DNA from: an uncultured delta proteobacterium
Lineage (GTDB): Bacteria > Desulfobacterota > Binatia > Binatales > Binataceae
Direction of reading: 5' to 3'
Assembly: GCA_963789835.1 (NCBI GenBank)
Contig: CAWBMF010000011.1
Span: 9,814 to 73,813 of the forward strand
DNA length: 64,000 nt
The notes below the pieces were generated by a model. It saw only the letters and a list, made by a program, of their open reading frames with translations. It was not told the origin of the DNA and searched no databases. The position numbers and the translations under genes are program-made. Positions within the stretch are counted from its first letter, which is position 1, and the number at the start of each line of letters is the position of its first letter. Positions 59,600-64,000 of this stretch are shown in pieces.

Positions 59600-60380
59600 G
59601 CTCCTGACAGCGGCGGTGCTGCTGCCCGCGGTGGGAGCGCTGGTGCTGTTCGCGCCGCCGTGGTTCTTCACGATTTTTATCGCGGTCGCGGGACTGTGGG
59701 GACTCTACGAAGTCGCCGCCATGACCGGCGCGCTGCATTGGGTCGCAATACCGCTGTTCGCCACCGTCGGCGGCGTGCCGTTGTTCGCGTTGCTGTACGG
59801 CGGCAACCTGGGCCTGGTTGGTTGGGTGGTGCCGGTGATCGTGATCGTCATGATGCTGGGACTGGCGCTGCGAATCGAAATAGCCGGCGGCGGCGAAAGA
59901 TTCAGGGGCCCGCGACTGGTTTTCATGGGCGCGGCGTACGTCGGATTTCTGTTTCCGTTCTTCGCGCTGCTCCGCAATTCTCCCAACGGCATTTACATCC
60001 TGCTGCTCGTGATCCTGCTGGCGGTGGTCAGCGACAGCGGCGCGTATTTCGTCGGCAGGTATATGGGCAAGACCAAGCTCGCGCCGAGTGTCAGTCCGAA
60101 CAAGACAGTTGAGGGCGCGGTGGGCGGGTTCGTCGCGACGGTGGTAGCGGGCTTGCTGCTATTCAAGATGATGGGCGGGAGGTGGGACCTGGGCTCTGTG
60201 TTGCTATTTTCGGCTATCGTCTCCATCCTTGCGCAGCTTGGCGATCTGGCTGGCTCTGCACTGAAGCGCGCGGCGGGAGTGAAAGACTCGGGCTGGATCT
60301 TTCCGGGCCATGGCGGACTGCTCGATCGAACTTGTTCGCTAGTCTTCGCGGCGTTTTTCGCCTACTATTGGTTTCAATGA
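59586..60380 (+). CDS. cdsA: phosphatidate cytidylyltransferase
   Basis: Multi-TM protein; C-terminal 'SPNKTVEGAVGG...GHGGLLDR' CTP-transferase signature. Confidence 0.85.
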   Translation: MLRTRLLTAAVLLPAVGALVLFAPPWFFTIFIAVAGLWGLYEVAAMTGALHWVAIPLFATVGGVPLFALLYGGNLGLVGWVVPVIVIVMMLGLALRIEIAGGGERFRGPRLVFMGAAYVGFLFPFFALLRNSPNGIYILLLVILLAVVSDSGAYFVGRYMGKTKLAPSVSPNKTVEGAVGGFVATVVAGLLLFKMMGGRWDLGSVLLFSAIVSILAQLGDLAGSALKRAAGVKDSGWIFPGHGGLLDRTCSLVFAAFFAYYWFQ

Positions 60381-60448
60381 TGCGGCTTTAGGTGGCCGCA
60401 TTTTTACGCTCGCGCACACTCCGGATCAGACTTGCAAGCAGGTACCAG

Positions 60449-61801
60449 ATGATTCACGCGATACTATCGGCAGCACTGGTGTTCGCCGTGCTGGTAGTCG
60501 TACACGAGGCGGGACACTTCGCGATGGCGAAGAAAGTCGGCGTCCGCGTGCTGCGATTCTCGGTCGGCTATCCACCAAAAATATTCGGCTACCGCCGCGG
60601 CGAGACCGACTATGCAATCGGGGCGACGCCGTTCGGCGGCTACGTCCGAATGCTGGGCGACGAAGTCGGAGGCGAACCCAAGCCGGAAGAGCTCACCATG
60701 TATCTTCACGAAGTCGGACTCGACTTGATTGGCGCCGCGGTTGAGCGTGGCGTGATTCATAGCGGATCCAGCTTCGACGATAACATGCGGGTGATTTCCG
60801 AGCGCCTGGGCGATTCGAACGCGACCGTTGCCCATACGGTTGTTGGGCGCGATCTGAAGCCGGACGAAGCGCTCCTTGTAAACGAGGTCCGCCGTCAACC
60901 GAAAGTTGACGACGCGATCAAAGCGCTCGCCGAGCATCCGCCCGCCGCGCTGGTCGAGGCTTACTGCAAGCGCGCGTTCCCGACGCAGACGCTCGGCAAG
61001 CGCACACTGATAGTGCTGGCCGGGCCGATCGCGAATATTATCTTCGCGCCGCTTCTGCTCACGCTCGTGTTCATGACCGGGGTGCCGCAGATGCTGCCGG
61101 TGGTCGGCAAGACCACCAAGGATCTGCCGGCGGCGAAAGCCGGACTGCTCACCGGCGACCGGATTCTTTCGGTTGACGGTCAACCGATGGAGACCTGGGC
61201 CGATTTCTCGAAGACGGTGAAGGCGGGCGACGGCACCGCGGTCAAGCTGGAAATCGAGCGGCAGCTGAAAGGCAAGCCGCAGCGCAGCACGCTGGTAATC
61301 ACGCCGACGCGGCTCGATCAGAAAACCATTTATGGCACCAATGCGACCACCTGGGTGATCGGAGTGCAGCCGCGCGGCGACGAAGAGACCAAGCACTTCG
61401 GTCCGTTCGGCGCGATGAAAGAAGCGGTGGTAACTTCGTACGACATGACCATCCAGATGGTGGTCGGCATTGCCAGTATTTTTAGCGGCAGCACGCCGGT
61501 GCGCGACGCGCTGGGCGGGCCGATCATGATCGCGCAGTTGGCGGGACAGGAGGCACATCGCGGATTCGCGAACCTCGCGATGTTTACCGTGATGCTCAGC
61601 CTCGAGCTCGGAATTATAAATCTGCTGCCGGTGCCGCTGCTCGACGGCGGTCATCTGTTGTTCTTCGCGTTCGAGGGCGCGCGCGGCAAGCCGCTCGAAC
61701 TTCGTTATCGCGAGGCGATGCTCCAGGTCGGGTTGTTTTTGCTGGTGGCGCTGATGGCGTTCGTAATCTTCAATGACATCTCGCGTATTGTGCAGGGTTA
61801 A
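60449..61801 (+). CDS. rseP: RIP zinc metalloprotease RseP (site-2 protease) with a PDZ domain
   Basis: 'VVVHEAGHFAMAK' HExxH motif; PDZ 'GLLTGDRILSVDGQP'; 'LSLELGIINLLPVPLLDGGHL' LDG motif; about 100 aa are inserted between HExxH and TM2. Confidence 0.85.
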   Translation: MIHAILSAALVFAVLVVVHEAGHFAMAKKVGVRVLRFSVGYPPKIFGYRRGETDYAIGATPFGGYVRMLGDEVGGEPKPEELTMYLHEVGLDLIGAAVERGVIHSGSSFDDNMRVISERLGDSNATVAHTVVGRDLKPDEALLVNEVRRQPKVDDAIKALAEHPPAALVEAYCKRAFPTQTLGKRTLIVLAGPIANIIFAPLLLTLVFMTGVPQMLPVVGKTTKDLPAAKAGLLTGDRILSVDGQPMETWADFSKTVKAGDGTAVKLEIERQLKGKPQRSTLVITPTRLDQKTIYGTNATTWVIGVQPRGDEETKHFGPFGAMKEAVVTSYDMTIQMVVGIASIFSGSTPVRDALGGPIMIAQLAGQEAHRGFANLAMFTVMLSLELGIINLLPVPLLDGGHLLFFAFEGARGKPLELRYREAMLQVGLFLLVALMAFVIFNDISRIVQG

Positions 61802-62594
61802 TCGGCTGCTCGAACAGGCAGCGGCGGCACGCCCGGTCCTGGGACTCGACACTTCTACCTCAATCGCAACCCTTGCGTTGATCGCACGCGGCAAGGTCGT
61901 TGCGTCGATTGCGCGGCCGGCGACCTCGCATGGCGCCGCGTTGCCGGGCGCGGTCGATGAGATTCTTGGCGCAGCGGGACTGACGCTGGGCGAGGTCGGC
62001 GCAATCGCGGTCGGCACCGGACCGGGCTCGTTCACCGGCCTGCGCATCGGGCTCAGCTACGCGAAGGGGATTGCGATGGCGACGGGCTGCGGGCTGGTCG
62101 GCATACCCAGTTTCGATGCGATGGCATTAGCAGCGCTCGAGCGTAACAATATTGAAACGGGTCGGTTAATTTGCGTGGTTGGGGATGCCCGCAAAGGCGA
62201 AGTTTACGCGGCTCTTTACCGGGTCGTGGCCGATGGGCTAGAGAAACAGTCAGAGGAATTGGTAATCGCGCTGGATCACCTGGCATCGCGCATCGCCGAG
62301 GACGTTATGTTTGTCGGTGACGAAAGAGCGAAGGATGCGGCGGCCCTTGTGGAATCGCGGGGCCTTGGGGTGGCGGTTTTCGAAACAGGGATGCTCGATT
62401 TGCGCGGAGTCTGCGTCGCGGCGTTGGGCGGCGCGCGATTTACCCGTGGAGAAACGGAGCGGGCGGCATCGTTGGAGCCGCTGTACATCAGGACGCCGGA
62501 GGCTACGTTCAAGCCCACTGCGAAAAATCCGGCGGGCAAAGGCACGGAGGGCGTATGGAGCATCGAGAGGAAGAACTCATTCGGCAGCATCTGA
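61773..62594 (+). CDS. tsaB: tRNA threonylcarbamoyladenosine biosynthesis protein TsaB (inactive Kae1 paralog)
   Basis: 'VLGLDTSTS...AVGTGPGSFTGLRIGLSYAKGIA'; the start is uncertain (possibly TTG/GTG downstream of 61773). Confidence 0.75.
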   Translation: MTSRVLCRVNRLLEQAAAARPVLGLDTSTSIATLALIARGKVVASIARPATSHGAALPGAVDEILGAAGLTLGEVGAIAVGTGPGSFTGLRIGLSYAKGIAMATGCGLVGIPSFDAMALAALERNNIETGRLICVVGDARKGEVYAALYRVVADGLEKQSEELVIALDHLASRIAEDVMFVGDERAKDAAALVESRGLGVAVFETGMLDLRGVCVAALGGARFTRGETERAASLEPLYIRTPEATFKPTAKNPAGKGTEGVWSIERKNSFGSI

Positions 62595-62785
62595 CCCACG
62601 ACGAGGAGCTGAGGGCGCTGTACGCGGAGCACCAGGAGCTCAAGCAAAAACTCGAAGTCTTTAGAAATAAACTGTACCTGACCAACGCAGAGGAAATTGA
62701 AGAAAAGCGCATCCAGAAGCTGAAGCTGGCCTCGAAAGACCGCATGATGGCGATTCTCGGACGCTATCAGCAAGAGGCTCACTGA
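62555..62785 (+). CDS. DUF465 (YdcH-like) small coiled-coil protein
   Basis: GGAGGG Shine-Dalgarno 4 nt upstream; 'LTHDEELRALYAEHQELKQKLE...KRIQKLKLASKDRM' matches the DUF465 pattern. Confidence 0.6.
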   Translation: MEHREEELIRQHLTHDEELRALYAEHQELKQKLEVFRNKLYLTNAEEIEEKRIQKLKLASKDRMMAILGRYQQEAH

Positions 62786-62825
62786 AGCCTGCCGAGTCCG
62801 GCCATGAGCGCGCGCACTCCACCGC

Positions 62826-63356
62826 ATGACAAGTCATACGATATCGGTACTGGTTGAAAACGAATTCGGCGTGCTCGCACGCGTGGCCGGACTGTTTTCG
62901 GGCCGCGGCTTTAACATCGAATCTCTCACCGTCAACGAGGATCCGCTCGATCCGACGGTGTCGAGGATCGTGCTGGTGACGACCGGCGACGATCAGATCG
63001 TCGAGCAAATCAACAAGCAGCTCAACAAGCTGGTGTCGGTGATCAAGATTACCGACTTCAAGGACGTCGAGACGATCGATCGCGAGATGGTGATCGTCAA
63101 GGTGTCGGTGGACGAGCGCACGCGATCGGAACTCGACTCGATCGTCCAGGCGTATCGCGCGCACGTGATCGATATCGGGCCGCGCGCAATCACGGTCGAG
63201 CTGACGGGCGACTCGGACAAGATCAAGGCGTTCATCGCGATCGTGCGGCCACTCGGAATCAAGGAAGTGGTGCGATCGGGCAAAGTCGCGATGGCGCGCG
63301 CGCTCCAGCTCAATCACGACAATCATCAGAACCGGCGCGCGCGCGAAGCTGAATAA
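62826..63356 (+). CDS. ilvN: acetolactate synthase small (regulatory) subunit
   Basis: 'HTISVLVENEFGVLARVAGLFSGRGFNIESLTV' ACT domain. Confidence 0.9.
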   Translation: MTSHTISVLVENEFGVLARVAGLFSGRGFNIESLTVNEDPLDPTVSRIVLVTTGDDQIVEQINKQLNKLVSVIKITDFKDVETIDREMVIVKVSVDERTRSELDSIVQAYRAHVIDIGPRAITVELTGDSDKIKAFIAIVRPLGIKEVVRSGKVAMARALQLNHDNHQNRRAREAE

Positions 63357-63389
63357 TCTGACAGCGGGAAAATTCGGGAGAACATTCAA

Positions 63390-64000
63390 ATGAAGGTTTA
63401 CTACGACCGCGACGCGGACCTGTCCGCGCTCAAGGGCAAGAAGATCGCGGTTATTGGCTTTGGAAGCCAGGGACACGCGCACGCGCTCAACCTGCGCGAC
63501 AGCGGTATGGACGTATGCGTCGGGCTGAGCGCGAAGTCGCCGTCACGCGAAAAGGCGGCCAAGCAGGGTCTGCAGGTGTTCGACACGGCCGCAGCGGCGA
63601 AGCGCGCCGACGTGATCATGATGCTCGTACCCGACGAGATGGGTTCCGAGATTTACGAGGCCGAGATCGCGCCGCACCTGAGCAAGGGCAAGTACCTGGC
63701 GTTCGGTCACGGCTTCAATATCCATTTCAAATTTATCAAGCCGCCGGCCGACGTGAATGTTTTCATGATCGCGCCGAAGGGCCCCGGCCATCTCGTGCGA
63801 TCGGAATACACCAAGGGCCGCGGCGTGCCGTGCCTGCTCGCGGTCGAGCAGGATCCGTCGGGCGATACGGCGAAGGTCGGACTGGCGTACGGCAGTGCGA
63901 TCGGCGGCGGCCGCGCGGCGATTATCGAAACGTCGTTCAGAGAGGAAACCGAAACCGACCTGTTCGGCGAGCAATCTGTCCTGTGCGGCGGACTTACCGA
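63390..64000 (+). CDS. ilvC: ketol-acid reductoisomerase (5' partial; runs off the window)
   Basis: Translated by eye: '[39 protein letters not shown]...'; it has no stop inside the window, so it is absent from the ORF track. Confidence 0.85.
   Translation, partial: MKVYYDRDADLSALKGKKIAVIGFGSQGHAHALNLRDSGMDVCVGLSAKSPSREKAAKQGLQVFDTAAAAKRADVIMMLVPDEMGSEIYEAEIAPHLSKGKYLAFGHGFNIHFKFIKPPADVNVFMIAPKGPGHLVRSEYTKGRGVPCLLAVEQDPSGDTAKVGLAYGSAIGGGRAAIIETSFREETETDLFGEQSVLCGGLT

Overview
This is a high-GC (~65%) bacterial chromosomal window. The gene content and codon usage suggest Acidobacteria or a similar soil lineage; this is a guess from the sequence alone.

The right third (about 52.7-64 kb) is a conserved housekeeping backbone: pncC/cinA-like, rho, a 4-OT tautomerase, rpsB-tsf-pyrH-frr-uppS-cdsA-rseP, tsaB, a DUF465 gene, ilvN and a partial ilvC.

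The left two thirds are a patchwork of accessory material:
- 1-5.1 kb: a phage-satellite-like integrative element with an HTH protein, a ParB-nuclease/DNA-methyltransferase fusion, a P27-family small terminase, an excisionase-like HTH protein and a tyrosine integrase. There is no large terminase and no structural genes.
- 5.1-11.6 kb: a 6.2-kb island flanked by diverged ~150-bp direct repeats. It carries a radical-SAM/Cys-rich-domain protein, a DUF2064 (CofC-like) transferase and a GT2 transferase. From memory this trio is the uncharacterised 'rSAM/selenodomain-associated' cassette. It sits with DoxX, a GT-C membrane glycosyltransferase, a transglutaminase-like protein and a secreted protein.
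- 11.7-18.5 kb: two tandem paralogous giant signalling proteins, each built as Zn-ribbon, class III nucleotide cyclase, AAA/STAND ATPase and TPR.
- 20.6-28.8 kb: an 8-kb CoA-ester catabolic island (crotonase, SDR, two family III CoA-transferases, TetR, DUF35, SCP-x thiolase, nitronate monooxygenase). It ends at a tRNA-Sec-like gene, and the 5' half of that gene plus about 59 bp of upstream sequence is duplicated at the other end of the island.
- 29.0-30.4 kb: a lower-GC scar region with a frameshifted DUF2158 gene.
- 30.5-33.2 kb: a molybdopterin oxidoreductase and an HxlR regulator.
- 33.2-39.9 kb: two adjacent secreted proteins that share a C-terminal ASH/DUF1573-like beta-sandwich domain. 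One is a 1509-aa sedolisin (S53) peptidase with a ~450-aa Thr/Ala-repeat linker encoded by tandemly duplicated DNA. The other is a PQQ-like beta-propeller protein.
- 40-52.7 kb: lipoproteins, an APH-like kinase, an amidase, and an mdtABC-type RND efflux operon (two permeases plus an adaptor) with a divergent TetR regulator.

No rRNA and no CRISPR array were seen. Several long antisense ORFs are GC-driven artefacts.
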